Positions 40,202 through 49,578 of a stretch of 64,000 bases of DNA are shown one piece after another. Positions within the stretch are counted from its first letter, which is position 1. Each line of letters begins with the position of its first letter. This DNA comes from an uncultured Chloroflexia bacterium (GTDB taxonomy: Bacteria > Chloroflexota > Limnocylindria > Limnocylindrales > CSP1-4), in NCBI GenBank assembly GCA_963721545.1, contig CAVRKB010000009.1, positions 546,121 to 610,120 of the forward strand, given 5' to 3'. The position numbers and the translations under genes are program-made. A model generated the notes under the pieces. That model had not been told where the DNA came from and made no database searches. It saw nothing but the letters and a program-made list of their open reading frames with translations.

Positions 40202-40699
40202 GAGTGAGGTTGCCCCCATGAAGAACCGTACGACGGTGGAGCGGAAGTCCGAGCGTGAGCTCGTCGTCACGCGAACGTTCAACGGCCCGGCGCGCCTCGT
40301 GTTCGAGGCGTGGACCAAGCCCGAGCTGTTCAGGCAGTGGTGGGTGCCGAAGTCGATGGGAATGTCCCTGCTTTCCTGCGAAATGGATGTTCGTGTCGGG
40401 GGCAGGTACCGTTTGGAGTTCGCACACGGGGACTCACGGGCGGCGTTCTTCGGCACGTACAACGAAGTAGCACCGCACTCGCGCCTCGTCTGGACCAATG
40501 AGGAAAGTGACGAGGGTTCCGTCACGACCGTGACCTTCGCGGAAGAAGGCGGCAAGACGTTGCTGGCCATGCACGAGCTGTATCCCTCGAAGGAGGCGCT
40601 CGAGCCGCCGGCAGCGGGGCGGCGGATGCGATGGGAGAGACGTTCGAGCAACTGGACGAGCTTCTCGACACCCTGGGCGCGAGCGTGGGACGGTCATGA
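40185..40699 (+). CDS. SRPBCC / Aha1-domain (activator of Hsp90 ATPase homologue-like) protein; one frame change near 40610
   Basis: It reads ERELVVTRTFNGPARLVFEAWTKPELFRQWWVPKSMGMSLLSCEMDVRVGGRYRLEFAHGDSRAAFFGTYNEVAPHSRLVWTNEE...VTTVTFAEEGGKTLLAMHELYPSKEALE. My translation of the end is ADAMGETFEQLDELLDTLGASVGRS*. Pairing with an ArsR gene is a common arrangement. Confidence 0.8.
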
Positions 40700-40814
40700 A
40701 GTCGTCGATCTCGCGTCGGCCGACTGGCTCGTCACGACGCGGAGGCAAACCCCGACGAGGTTGTCGTATCTGGCGCTGACCGGAAGGCCTCAGAGGACGG
40801 CGTTCCGTCGCGGG

Positions 40815-41913
40815 CTAGCCGATCCGGCTGACCTCCTGGTCGTCGCTGCCGCGAATGATCGACTGCTCGACTTCGAACACGAGGCGGCCGGCGTCACCGA
40901 GGGGATATCGACCGGCGATCTCCGGAATCCCTTTCATATCGCGGATCACGTCCTCCGGGACGGTGATGTGGAAGTCGTCGCTCTCGCCGTGCCATGAGAG
41001 TGACTCGCCCCGCTGAAATCCGACCGACGAGTCGCCGCCTCGGATCCAGAACGAGCGGTCATGCTCCAGCCGACCGCGGACGAGTTGACGAAGCCGCTGG
41101 ACGGCGATGGCGCCGACGTGGATCGACACCGACTCACCGTCGATCGTGATGACCAGCGTGTCGATGTTGACGCCAGTCATCGACGATCCATCGCGGGCGA
41201 TCCCGTCGGCGATCTGTTGGCGGACATTGGCGTCGTCTAGGAGCGAGGCGCGACGAACGTCCGTCACCAGCAGGGGGTTCCGCTCGCCAAGGATCTCGAC
41301 CATCCGATTCGTGTCCCACTCCACCGCCGCCTCGTACTCGTCGATCGTGACGCCGATGACCTGCACGAACGAAATTCGACCGTTCGGCGTGTCGATGGGA
41401 TCGAGTTTGGGGTCCGTCACGAAGAGGGCGGCACGGATCGCGGTGTCCTCCTTGAGGGCGATCGGCCCGTTCAGATCCGTGTGATCGCCAGGGCTGAGCA
41501 CGTTGCCCGACTCAAAGACGTAGCGGGCGAGGTTCTGCAACAGCGACCACGGCCAGGTGGGCGCTTCATCGCCCTCGGTTCGAGCGAGTCGGAAGGTCAA
41601 CTCGATGCCCCATCCGCTGACGTCCGCATCGCCGGACGTCTTCCCGTACAGCTCGCTCAATCCATAGGTCACGTAATGCCAGTGACGCGGGCCCTCTCCG
41701 GGATAGGCACTGATTCCATCAAGGGGATCCGGTCCGCCGGCACTCCATCGGACCTTCGTTCCCCAGTGCGCCGGCTCGACGCCCGGATAGAGCCGGTCCA
41801 CGGCGCGGTCGATCGCCCGCCATCCCGGAGCCGTTTCATCGAGCCGTGCCAGGTCCTCCGCGGAATGGCGGTGAGGTTTGCCGCCACCCCGCAGACGGTC
41901 GAGAAACCGCACG
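40815..41913 (-). CDS. Suppressor-of-fused (SUFU)-family domain protein, ~366 aa, intact
   Basis: This is the C-terminal third of ORF 40815..43310. It reads GPRHWHYVTYGLSELYGKTSGDADVSGWGIELTFRLARTEGDEAPTWPWSLLQNLARYVFESGNVLSPGDHTDLNGPIALKEDTAIRAALFVTDPKLDPIDTPNGRISFVQVIGVTIDEYEAA. The GTG start at 41913 is one nucleotide after the hydratase TGA. Confidence 0.75.
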
Positions 41914-41914
41914 T

Positions 41915-42719
41915 CAGTCCTCGGGCTGCCAGCCCGGCGGACCGCTTCTCGGTGAAGGCACGGAGCCCCTCCTGGGCTTCCTCGCTCACACGCTGGCGGG
42001 CGATGACCCGGGCCGTGTGCCACTTCGACGCTCCATGCCCCAGGCCGCGGACCTCGCGGACGATCGCCTTCGCCGCGCGGGCTGCCGTCGGGCCGGCCGC
42101 CAGCACGTCGCGGACGGCGGTCTCCACCGCAGGAATCGAGGGCCGCATCGCCCTCGACGACCTCGTGGACCAGCCCGATCCGCTGGGCACGGAACGCGTC
42201 GAACCGGCGACCGCCGGGGAACAGCGCGCGTGCGTTGGACTCGCCGATCTTGGAGATCACGAACGGCGAGATCACCGCCGGCAGGATCCCGAGGCGCGTC
42301 TCCGTGAAGCCGAACCGGGCGCCCGCCTCGGCGACGACGAGGTCGCTGACCGCGCACAGGCCCATCCCGCCGCCGAGCGCCGCGCCCTGGACGCGGGCAA
42401 TCACCGGCACCGGGCACGTGTCGATCGTGTCGAACATCTCGGCCATCGCCATGGCGTCCTGCTCGTTGCCGTCGACGTCGAGGGCGACCGCGGCGCGCAT
42501 CCAGTCGATGTCGGCGCCGGCGCAGAACGACGGACCCTCGCCCACGAGAACGACCGCGCGGAGCTCCGTCGGACCCTGGCGGGCGAACCCGGCGAACGTG
42601 GATCGCAGCTCGGCGATCAGCGAGGCGTTGAACGCGTTGTGAACGTCGGGGCGGGTGAGGGTGACCCTCGCGACCGCGTCGCCGGCCCCGGATCGCTCGA
42701 CCCGGAGCAGGTCGCTCAC
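41915..42719 (-). CDS. Enoyl-CoA hydratase (crotonase family; methylglutaconyl-CoA hydratase by context); about 2 frame changes
   Basis: It reads VSDLLRVERSGAGDAVARVTLTRPDVHNAFNASLIAELRSTFAGFA...LRAVVLVGEGPSFCAGADIDWM...VPVIARVQGAALGGGMGLCAVSDLVVAEAGARFGFTETRLGILPAVISPFV. It continues ...EAQEGLRAFTEKRSAG. Removing one base near 41933 gives the end WQPED*. The GTG overlaps the upstream TGA (GTGA). Confidence 0.85.
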
Positions 42720-44029
42720 CCGTCGGCCCGCCGCGCGTCGGCGACCGCGTCGACGAGGTCGTCGTGCGGCGGATGCGGCAGCGCGGATGGATCGAGGCGG
42801 TAGTGCTGGCGGCGCCAGATCAGCGGCATGCCGGACGCGGTCAGGTTGGCAGCCGAGACCGATCCGACCTCCGCGGTCGCCATGACCTTCGTGCAGCCGA
42901 GCTCTGCCGCCACCGCGGCGCGGTGGGCGATGAGCGCCCGCTGGATCCCGCGTCCCCGAGCCTCGGGCAGGACCGTGCCGGCACCGAGCCAGCCGACGCG
43001 TCGGTGGGTCATCAGGGCGGCCGCGGCGACGACGCGACCGTCGACCTCGCCGAGGAACTGGTGGTAGCCGCGTCCCTCGGCGAGGATCGGCTGGAACGCG
43101 CGCCAGGCGTCGGCAAGCGGCTGCTCGACCTCGAACCCCGCGATGAACAGCTCGACCCAGTCGTTCGCCTCGCTCGGCCCGACCGGCCGGATCACGAGCC
43201 CCTCCGCCTCCACCCGGCCAACCGATTCGACATCTCCCGCGTGGACCCCGATGACGTCGACCGCGGTTGCTCCGAGCGGCGCGACGACCTCGCCCCCTTC
43301 GATGAACCATCCGGCCGTGCCGGCATCGCGGAAGAGGTCGAGGAACTCCTCGAGCGCGATCGGCACCTGGCGCAGGCCAAAGGCGCGGTTGAAGATGCTC
43401 CCCGGAAGATCCGGCGACGCGGCGCCGGCGGCATCACCGTGCTCCCAGATCCGGACGTCGAAGCCGGCCGCGGCGGCCGCTCGCCACATCGCGAGCCAGG
43501 CCTCGCGGTCCACGGCGTCGAGCAGGTCGAGCAGCTGGTAGGTCGACGCGCCGGAGTCGGCGGCCGGCGGCAGGACCGCGATCCCGTCGCCGGTTCGCAC
43601 CTCCCCTTCGACGAGCACCCGGGCATACATCCGTGAGTCGGACGGGTGGGTCAGGATCGAGATCCGGCCGGACTTGCCGTCGCGGAACGCGCCCTTGATC
43701 ACGTCGCACGGCCCGGCCGCGGCGGAGAGCTCGAGCACGAGCTGGTCGCCGATCGCGAGGCGCGTCCCGACCGGCAATCGCGACAGCTCGATCCCCGTCG
43801 TCGTGAGGTTCTCGCCGACCGATCCGGGCTCGATCGGATGGCCGTCGGCCTGGACCCGCTCGATCGCCTCGATGCCGAGCAGCGCCACCGCCCGGTGCGG
43901 CCCGCCATGGACGAATCGGTGGCGATGGGCGTCGCCGTCGAGGCCCAACGGCCCGACCCATGCCTTCTCGACGGGCAGCTTCGGAACGCCGCCGGGCGAG
44001 ACGTTGACCTGGAGCACGCGACCGTCCAT
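42716..44029 (-). CDS. MOSC domain fused to GNAT acetyltransferase-like domains, 437 aa, intact
   Basis: Corresponds to ORF 42716..44029. The MOSC part reads LQVNVSPGGVPKLPV...GLDGDAHRHRFVHGGPHRAVALLGIEAIERVQADGHPIEPGSVGENLTTTGIELSRLPVGTRLAIGDQLVLELSAAAGPCDVI...MYARVLVEGEVRTGD. The C-terminal GNAT part reads VVAAAALMTHRRVGWLGAGTVLPEARGRGIQRALIAHRAAVAAELGCTKVMAT. Confidence 0.8.
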   Translation of the reverse strand: MDGRVLQVNVSPGGVPKLPVEKAWVGPLGLDGDAHRHRFVHGGPHRAVALLGIEAIERVQADGHPIEPGSVGENLTTTGIELSRLPVGTRLAIGDQLVLELSAAAGPCDVIKGAFRDGKSGRISILTHPSDSRMYARVLVEGEVRTGDGIAVLPPAADSGASTYQLLDLLDAVDREAWLAMWRAAAAAGFDVRIWEHGDAAGAASPDLPGSIFNRAFGLRQVPIALEEFLDLFRDAGTAGWFIEGGEVVAPLGATAVDVIGVHAGDVESVGRVEAEGLVIRPVGPSEANDWVELFIAGFEVEQPLADAWRAFQPILAEGRGYHQFLGEVDGRVVAAAALMTHRRVGWLGAGTVLPEARGRGIQRALIAHRAAVAAELGCTKVMATAEVGSVSAANLTASGMPLIWRRQHYRLDPSALPHPPHDDLVDAVADARRADG

Positions 44030-44080
44030 CGGTCGCGATCCTAACGGACGGCGGCCTCGCGGTGCCTCGCGACGGTGAAG

Positions 44081-45018
44081 CTACCGAACGACCACGTCCC
44101 GGACCTGCAGCACCGACGGCGCCTCGAGGTGGTTGACGTCGAACACGAGGTAGATCGTCACCGGTTCCGGTCCGTCGAATGGGTCGCGGTAGATGCTCCC
44201 GACGGACGGGCGGCCCCCGATGTCGGACCGGACGTCCACGAGGACGCCCTGTTGATCCAGTAGGAGGTGGGCTGCGGGTCCGCCAGCGTGAGCGACCGCT
44301 CGGACAGGTACCCGTTCGGCAGCGTCGCCGAGCCAATGCGCACCTCGTAGGCGCCGCGATGATCGAGCGGGATGTCGATCGACTCAAGATGGAACGCTGT
44401 CGCGGCGGCCACGGCGTCTGGGTCGGGCGTCGGCGGCAGCGTCGCACAGCCGGCCGGCGGTTCGCCGGCACACGGGACGTCGGAATTGACGCCGGCATGG
44501 ACCCTGATCTCCGCCCCGTCAATGCACGCCGGCCGGAGGTCGACGCCAATGCACACCACGTCTACGTCGACGATGGTCCCGACGACGAGGCCGAGTCGCA
44601 CCCTGGCGACCTGCCCAACGCCCGTCGTCTGGACCCGTTCGAACGGCAGGAACTCCACGGATGCGACGTCTCCGAGGGCCACGCCGACCTCGTCCATCGC
44701 GTCGTCGATGATCGCGTCGCACTGGCGGGGCGGGAATGGCTGGGTCGCGCACGCCTCCGCGAACGGAAACCCGGCAGTGCCGGTGCGGTCGGGACGACGT
44801 CGGTGACGGGTGGCGCCGAGGTGCTAACGGCGGGCGTCGCCGCCGGCACGGCACCCGACCCGGGCCCGCCGGGGGAGTCGATCGGCCATTGACGCGCGAC
44901 GGTGATGGCGACGATCGCAACGACCAGGACGGCGAGCAGGCTGATCGACAGCTCCGTCCGCCGCCTCGGTGTCGCGGCGCGGAGGCGCTCGTCGCTGGGT
45001 TGGGCGTCGGTTCGACAT
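44081..45018 (-). CDS. Membrane-anchored hypothetical protein; about 2 frame changes, start uncertain
   Basis: The TM anchor is ELSISLLAVLVVAIVAITVA, followed by a Pro/Ala-rich linker. The Cys-containing body lies in ORF 44158..44697 (...CDAIIDDAMDEVGVALGDVASVEFLPFERV...IGVDLRPACIDGAEIRVHAGVNSDVPCAGEPPAGCATLPP...). My translation of the end is GSIYRDPFDGPEPVTIYLVFDVNHLEAPSVLQVRDVVVR*. I recognise no family. Confidence 0.5.
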
Positions 45019-45129
45019 GAGCGACGAGTCTCGGCCGCCGATCGGGCGGCCGCTATCGGGGAGATCCCTGAATCTTCGCCGCCCGCCACGGATGCGGGCG
45101 GCGCCGCGGGTTCCGTTGGCGTCGTGGAG

Positions 45130-45440
45130 TCAGGCTTTGGGTTCGTCCGCCGTTACGTCCGCGGCCGCCGGGGCATCGGCAGGCGCAGGTGCGGGCGCGG
45201 GTTCGGCGGGCGCAGGAGCCGCCGCCGGAGCAGCCGGCGCCGCCGCCACGCGTTGTTGCCGCCGCGCGCGATCGCTGCAGGCCCATCCCGACGAGCACAG
45301 CCCCGATCACGCCGACGAGGAGGCCCGCCCAGGGCTGGTACGGGTCGACGAACTCCATCAGCTGGAACTGCAGGTCGAACATCGGCAAGCAGCAGCGAGC
45401 CGACGCCCAGCACGATGAGAAGCACGCCAAAACCGGTCAT
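45130..45440 (-). CDS. Small two-helix membrane protein with Ala/Pro-rich tail; about 2 frame changes
   Basis: A GGGAGAGGA RBS precedes MTGFGVLLIVLGVGSLLLPMFDLQFQLMEFVDPYQPWAGLLVGVIGAVLVGMGLQRS. My translation of the tail is AAAPAAPAAAPAPAEPAPAPAPADAPAAADVTADEPKA*. Confidence 0.5.
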
Positions 45441-45513
45441 GTCCTCTCCCTTCCTCGACGGCATCATGCGACGCCGCTGGGCGCAGCATAGCCACCGGTG
45501 CGAGGCCCTGAAG

Positions 45514-47115
45514 CTACATCCGGAAGACGCCGAAGCGCGTCTCGGGGATCGGCGCGTGGAGGGCGGCCTCGATGCCGAGGGCGAGCACTCGCCGCGTCTC
45601 GAGCGGATCGATGACGCCGTCGTCCCACAGCCGCGCGGTGGCGAAGTACGGGTTGCCCTCGCGCTCGTAGGTCTCGAGGATCGGCGCCTCGAAGGCGTCG
45701 CGCGCCTTGTCGTTCGTCGAAGGGCCCGCCGACCGTCGACAGGACGCGGGCCGCCTGCTGGCCGCCCATGACGCTGATCCGGGCGTTCGGCCACGTCCAC
45801 AGGAAGCGCGGCTGGTAGGCGCGGCCGGCCATCGCGTAGTTCCCGGCCCCGAAGCTGCCGCCGACGATCACCGTGAACTTCGGGACCTCGGCGCACGCGA
45901 CCGCGGTCACCATCTTCGCCCCGTCCTTCGCGATGCCGCCCGCCTCGTACTCGCGGCCGACCATGAAGCCGGTGATGTTCTGGAGGAAGACGAGCGGGAT
46001 CTTCCGCTGCGCGGCGAGCTCGATGAAGTGGGCGCCCTTGAGCGCCGACGCGCTGAACAGGATCCCGTCGTTGGCGATGATCCCGACCGGGTAGCCCTCG
46101 ATGTGGGCGAACCCGGTCACGAGCGTCTCGCCGTAGCGCGGCTTGAAGTCGTGGAAGCGGCTGCCGTCGACGAGCCGGGCGATGATCTCGCGGACCTCGA
46201 CGGGCCGGCGCGGGTCGGCGGACACGGCGCCATAAGGCCGTCCGCGTCCACGGCCGGCGGCTCCGGCGTCAGCCCGGTCCCAGGGCGGCGCCGGCGGCCG
46301 CCGGTTCAGGTTGCGGACGATCGACCGGCCGAGGGCGAGCGCGTGCTCGTCGTCGAGCGCGAGATGGTCGGCCACGCCGGAGATCGCGGTGTGGACGTCG
46401 CCGCCCCCGAGGTCCTCGGCGCTGACCTCCTCCCCGGTCGCGGCCTTCACGAGCGGCGGTCCGCCGAGGAAGATCGTCCCGATGCCCTTGACGATCACGG
46501 TCTCGTCGCTCATCGCCGGGACGTAGGCGCCGCCGGCCGTCGAGCTGACCCCATGACGAGCGCGACCTGGGGGATCCCGGCCGCCGACATCCGGGCCTGG
46601 TTGTAGAAGATCCGGCCGAAGTGGTCGCGGTCGGGGAAGACGTCGGCCTGGAGCGGCAGGAACGCGCCGCCGCTGTCGACGAGGTAGACGCACGGCAGGC
46701 GGTTCTCGAGCGCGATCTCCTGGGCCCGGAGGTGCTTCTTGACGGTCATCGGGTAGTAGGTCCCGCCCTTGACCGTCGCGTCGTTGCCGATGACGACGAC
46801 GCGCGTTCCCTCGACCGTACCGATGCCCGTGACGATGCCGGCGCTCGGGGCCTCGTCGTCGTAGAGGCCGTTTGCGGCGAGCGGGCTCAGCTCGAGGAAC
46901 GGCGAGCCTGGGTCGAGCAGGCGGTCGATCCGCTCCCGGACCGGAATCTTGCCCCGCTCGCGGTGCCGGGCGATCGACCGGTCGTCGCCACCGGCGCCCC
47001 GGCCGGCGACCGTTGCCTGGCGCTCCCGGAGGTCCGCGACGAGCGCCGCCATCGCGTCGTGGTTGGCGCGGACCTCGGGGCTGGCGGGGTCGAGCCGGCT
47101 CCGGAGGACGGACAT
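45514..47115 (-). CDS. Acyl-CoA carboxylase carboxyltransferase (beta) subunit, methylcrotonyl-CoA carboxylase beta-like; frame-disrupted
   Basis: It begins [31 protein letters not shown]...[106 protein letters not shown]. It continues ...[45 protein letters not shown]...[53 protein letters not shown]...[33 protein letters not shown]. My translation of the end is ...[10 protein letters not shown]. Confidence 0.9.
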
Positions 47116-47166
47116 GGCGCCGATCATAGGTCGGAACCGCTCGTCCGGAACCGGCGTCGGGCGACC

Positions 47167-47712
47167 ATGCCGAACTACCGACGCCTTGCGTCCCTTCCCG
47201 CCCTCCTCCTCATCGCCCTCCTGGTCGCCGCCTGTGCCAGCGCGCCGACCCCAGCACCGACATCCGTGCCGCCGTCCGATCAACCCACGTCGACGGGTGG
47301 TCCGGGCACGTCGCCCGTCCCGAATCCGTCGGAAGCGGTCGACGGCGTCTCGGTCACGGTCGAGACGACCGGCGGTCACTGCATCCAGGGTGCGTGCGGT
47401 GGCACGATCACGATCGAGCCCGACGGCCGCGCCCATCAGACTGCGCCCGAGCCGAAGGAGCTCGGCACGGTCCCCGTTGACTTGATGAACGCACTCGTCG
47501 TCGAGGTCCAGCAGGCCGACTTCGAGGCAATCAAGAGTCAGCCGTTCACCGACACCTGCCCGATCGCGTTCGACGGGCAGCAGTTCATCTACACGTTCTG
47601 GATCGTGACCCACTCCGAGGAGATCGACTCCTGCCAGGTCGTGGTCGACCCAGCGAATCCACTGTTCGTCGCCGTCGACGCGGCGATCGCCTCCGTCACT
47701 CCCCAACCGTAG
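47167..47712 (+). CDS. Cys-rich lipoprotein, paralogue 1, intact
   Basis: Lipobox: [23 protein letters not shown]|A. The body reads [114 protein letters not shown]. It is the tail of ORF 46621..47712. Confidence 0.7.
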   Translation: MPNYRRLASLPALLLIALLVAACASAPTPAPTSVPPSDQPTSTGGPGTSPVPNPSEAVDGVSVTVETTGGHCIQGACGGTITIEPDGRAHQTAPEPKELGTVPVDLMNALVVEVQQADFEAIKSQPFTDTCPIAFDGQQFIYTFWIVTHSEEIDSCQVVVDPANPLFVAVDAAIASVTPQP

Positions 47713-47750
47713 ATCGGAACCGAGCCGGGGGATCGGGCGTCATCGGCGGA

Positions 47751-48279
47751 ATGCCAGCACGCTCGGTCTCTCGGCGCTTCGCTGTCCGGTCCCTCCCGCT
47801 GGTCGTCGTCGCCGTGATCGCGTCCGCCTGCGGCTCGACGCCAACCTCCCCGTCGCCTTCGGCGACCGACAGCCCGCCGCCTTCGGTCGTCGCCGCGACG
47901 CCGTTTGCCTTTCCGCTCCTCTCCGTCGAGACCCGCGGCGGGGAGTGCCCCCAGGATGCCTGCGGTCGGCTGATCAACATCGAGGCGGATGGCCGGATCC
48001 ATGAGGTCATCCCGCAGGACCGTGTGGTCGGGACCGTGCCGCCGGATGTGATCGAGTCGCTCCGAACGGAGATCGAACAGGCCGACTACGTCGCGATCCG
48101 CGGCCGGCCGTTCACCGGCGAATGCCCGACCGCGTTCGACGGCCAGGAGATCGTCTACACGTTCCACGTCACGACCGGCGATCGCGAAGTCGCGTCGTGC
48201 GAGGTCGACGATCGACCCGAATGATCCGCTGTTCGTCGCCGTCGAAGCGGCCATGGCCTTCGAGCAGCCGCCGGAGTGA
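47751..48279 (+). CDS. Cys-rich lipoprotein, paralogue 2; one extra base near 48210
   Basis: Lipobox: LPLVVVAVIASAC|G. The body reads LSVETRGGECPQDACGRLINIEADGRIHEVIPQDRVVGTVPPDVIESLRTEIEQADYVAIRGRPFTGECPTAFDGQEIVYTFHVTTGDREVASCEV. After frame correction it ends DIDPNDPLFVAVEAAMAFEQPPE*. It is collinear with paralogue 1, including four Cys positions. Confidence 0.7.
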
Positions 48280-48281
48280 CC

Positions 48282-49082
48282 TCAGCCCGCGAGCTCGCCG
48301 ACAGCTGGATCCAAACGGTTCCCCTCAACCGGAAGCGCCGCCGCTCCTAGGGCCGCGACGACCAGAAGCGACGCGACGACGAGGGCGACCGACGTGGGCT
48401 GGCCCGAAGCGCAGGTGCTGACCGTTGCATCCGCCTCGACGACGAGCGTGGTGGTGACCGGGATCTGCTCCCAGGTCATGGCGCCGTCCGGTTCCGTCCG
48501 ACCAACCCAGCACGTCGTCTCGGTCGCCGCGAACGTCGCCAGCCAGGCGCTCACGACGAGGACGACGATCGCGACGCCCCGTGCCGCGCCGCCGGTCGTG
48601 AGGCTGGGCCGTTGGCGGCGTCCGGATCGGCTCGCGGCCACACCGGCGATGGCCGCCAGCAGGAGCACCCCGAGGATTCCCGTCGATAGAACGACCGCGA
48701 CCGCGATCGGGACAGCCAGGATCGCGCCGAGGAGAAGGAGAACGGGACGCGGGCGCGGTGAGGATCCGCCCAGGTCGGTGGCCGCGCGAAGGAAGCCAAC
48801 CGCGGGTAGCAGGTAGACGAGCGTCACGCCGCTGAATGCCACCACCGATTGGAGGAGGCAGAGGACGCCCGCCGCAACGACGACCGTCGGGCGGCGAGTC
48901 CACGCACCGATCCAGCCGATCAGGCCAGGCGTCGCGAGCAGGACCACCGACGCCAGGCCGCGACTCTCCGCCTGCGGGGGCTCCTGGCCGCCCTGCGAGC
49001 GAGCCAGGACCAGGATTGCGAGGGCGAAGGCCATCACCGCGAGCCCGCTCATGAACGCGATGAGCCGACCGCGTGCGGTCAT
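48282..49082 (-). CDS. Hypothetical polytopic membrane protein, 266 aa, intact
   Basis: Corresponds to ORF 48282..49082. It has at least 6 hydrophobic helices (LIAFMSGLAVMAFALAILVL, VVLLATPGLIGWIGAW, VVVAAGVLCLLQSVVAFSGVTLVYLLPAVGFL, and others). The start overlaps the upstream stop (ATGA at 49079-49082). Confidence 0.6.
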   Translation of the reverse strand: MTARGRLIAFMSGLAVMAFALAILVLARSQGGQEPPQAESRGLASVVLLATPGLIGWIGAWTRRPTVVVAAGVLCLLQSVVAFSGVTLVYLLPAVGFLRAATDLGGSSPRPRPVLLLLGAILAVPIAVAVVLSTGILGVLLLAAIAGVAASRSGRRQRPSLTTGGAARGVAIVVLVVSAWLATFAATETTCWVGRTEPDGAMTWEQIPVTTTLVVEADATVSTCASGQPTSVALVVASLLVVAALGAAALPVEGNRLDPAVGELAG

Positions 49083-49552
49083 CGCTCACAAGCCCTCAGC
49101 TGTGTCAGCGCCGGTGCCGGCGCAGGCCCGCCCGGCGCGAGCGCCCGAATGACCAGCGCCCAGGCAAGGCCGCACGGGATCGTGATCGGCAGGACGAGCG
49201 TGCCGAACGGCAACCCGTAGGTCGCGATGAACAGCGCTGCGGTCACGTCGTTCCCGAACCCCGTTGACGTGTCGAAGCCGAGCAGGGGCGCGATCAGGGT
49301 CAGCAGCGCGACCTCGACGACGCCCAGATACGCCGCGCCGATGCCCATGGCCAGCCCGATCGCCGTGGCCATCCGCCACGACGCTCTCGCGGCAGCCGGC
49401 GTCAGCCACAGCGCCAGGAGCGCGGCAAGGGGCGCCCCAACGATCCCGAGGCCGTCGAGGTCGATCGTCTCGCGCGGGACCGCGGTGAGCGACAGCGCGA
49501 TCGCAGCGGCGACAACCGCACCAGCGACGCGAGTCCTCAACATCGGTTGCAC
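49079..49552 (-). CDS. Hypothetical membrane protein, 157 aa, intact
   Basis: Corresponds to ORF 49079..49552. It has four predicted helices (GAVVAAAIALSLTAV, GAPLAALLALWLTPAAA, ATAIGLAMGIGAAYLGVVEVALLTLIAPLL, ALFIATYGLPFGTLVLPITIPCGLAWALVI). It is translationally coupled to the next gene. Confidence 0.6.
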   Translation of the reverse strand: MQPMLRTRVAGAVVAAAIALSLTAVPRETIDLDGLGIVGAPLAALLALWLTPAAARASWRMATAIGLAMGIGAAYLGVVEVALLTLIAPLLGFDTSTGFGNDVTAALFIATYGLPFGTLVLPITIPCGLAWALVIRALAPGGPAPAPALTQLRACER

Positions 49553-49578
49553 CTCGTGCTACCATTCGTTAGCAAGTT

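Noticed and set aside
40815-43310. 831-aa minus-strand ORF as a single giant protein
   Set aside because: It is a chimera. Its C-terminal third is the SUFU-family gene and its middle is the enoyl-CoA hydratase. Its N-terminal part is an out-of-frame read through the MOSC-GNAT gene. The gene junctions carry their own start and stop signals (TGAcGTG at 41913-41917 and GTGA at 42716-42719).
46510-47706. N-terminal ~197 codons of ORF 46510..47706, upstream of MSVLRSRL
   Set aside because: This part is antisense to the lipoprotein gene at 47167-47712 and has no carboxyltransferase similarity. The conserved MCC beta N-terminus begins at the internal Met at 47115.
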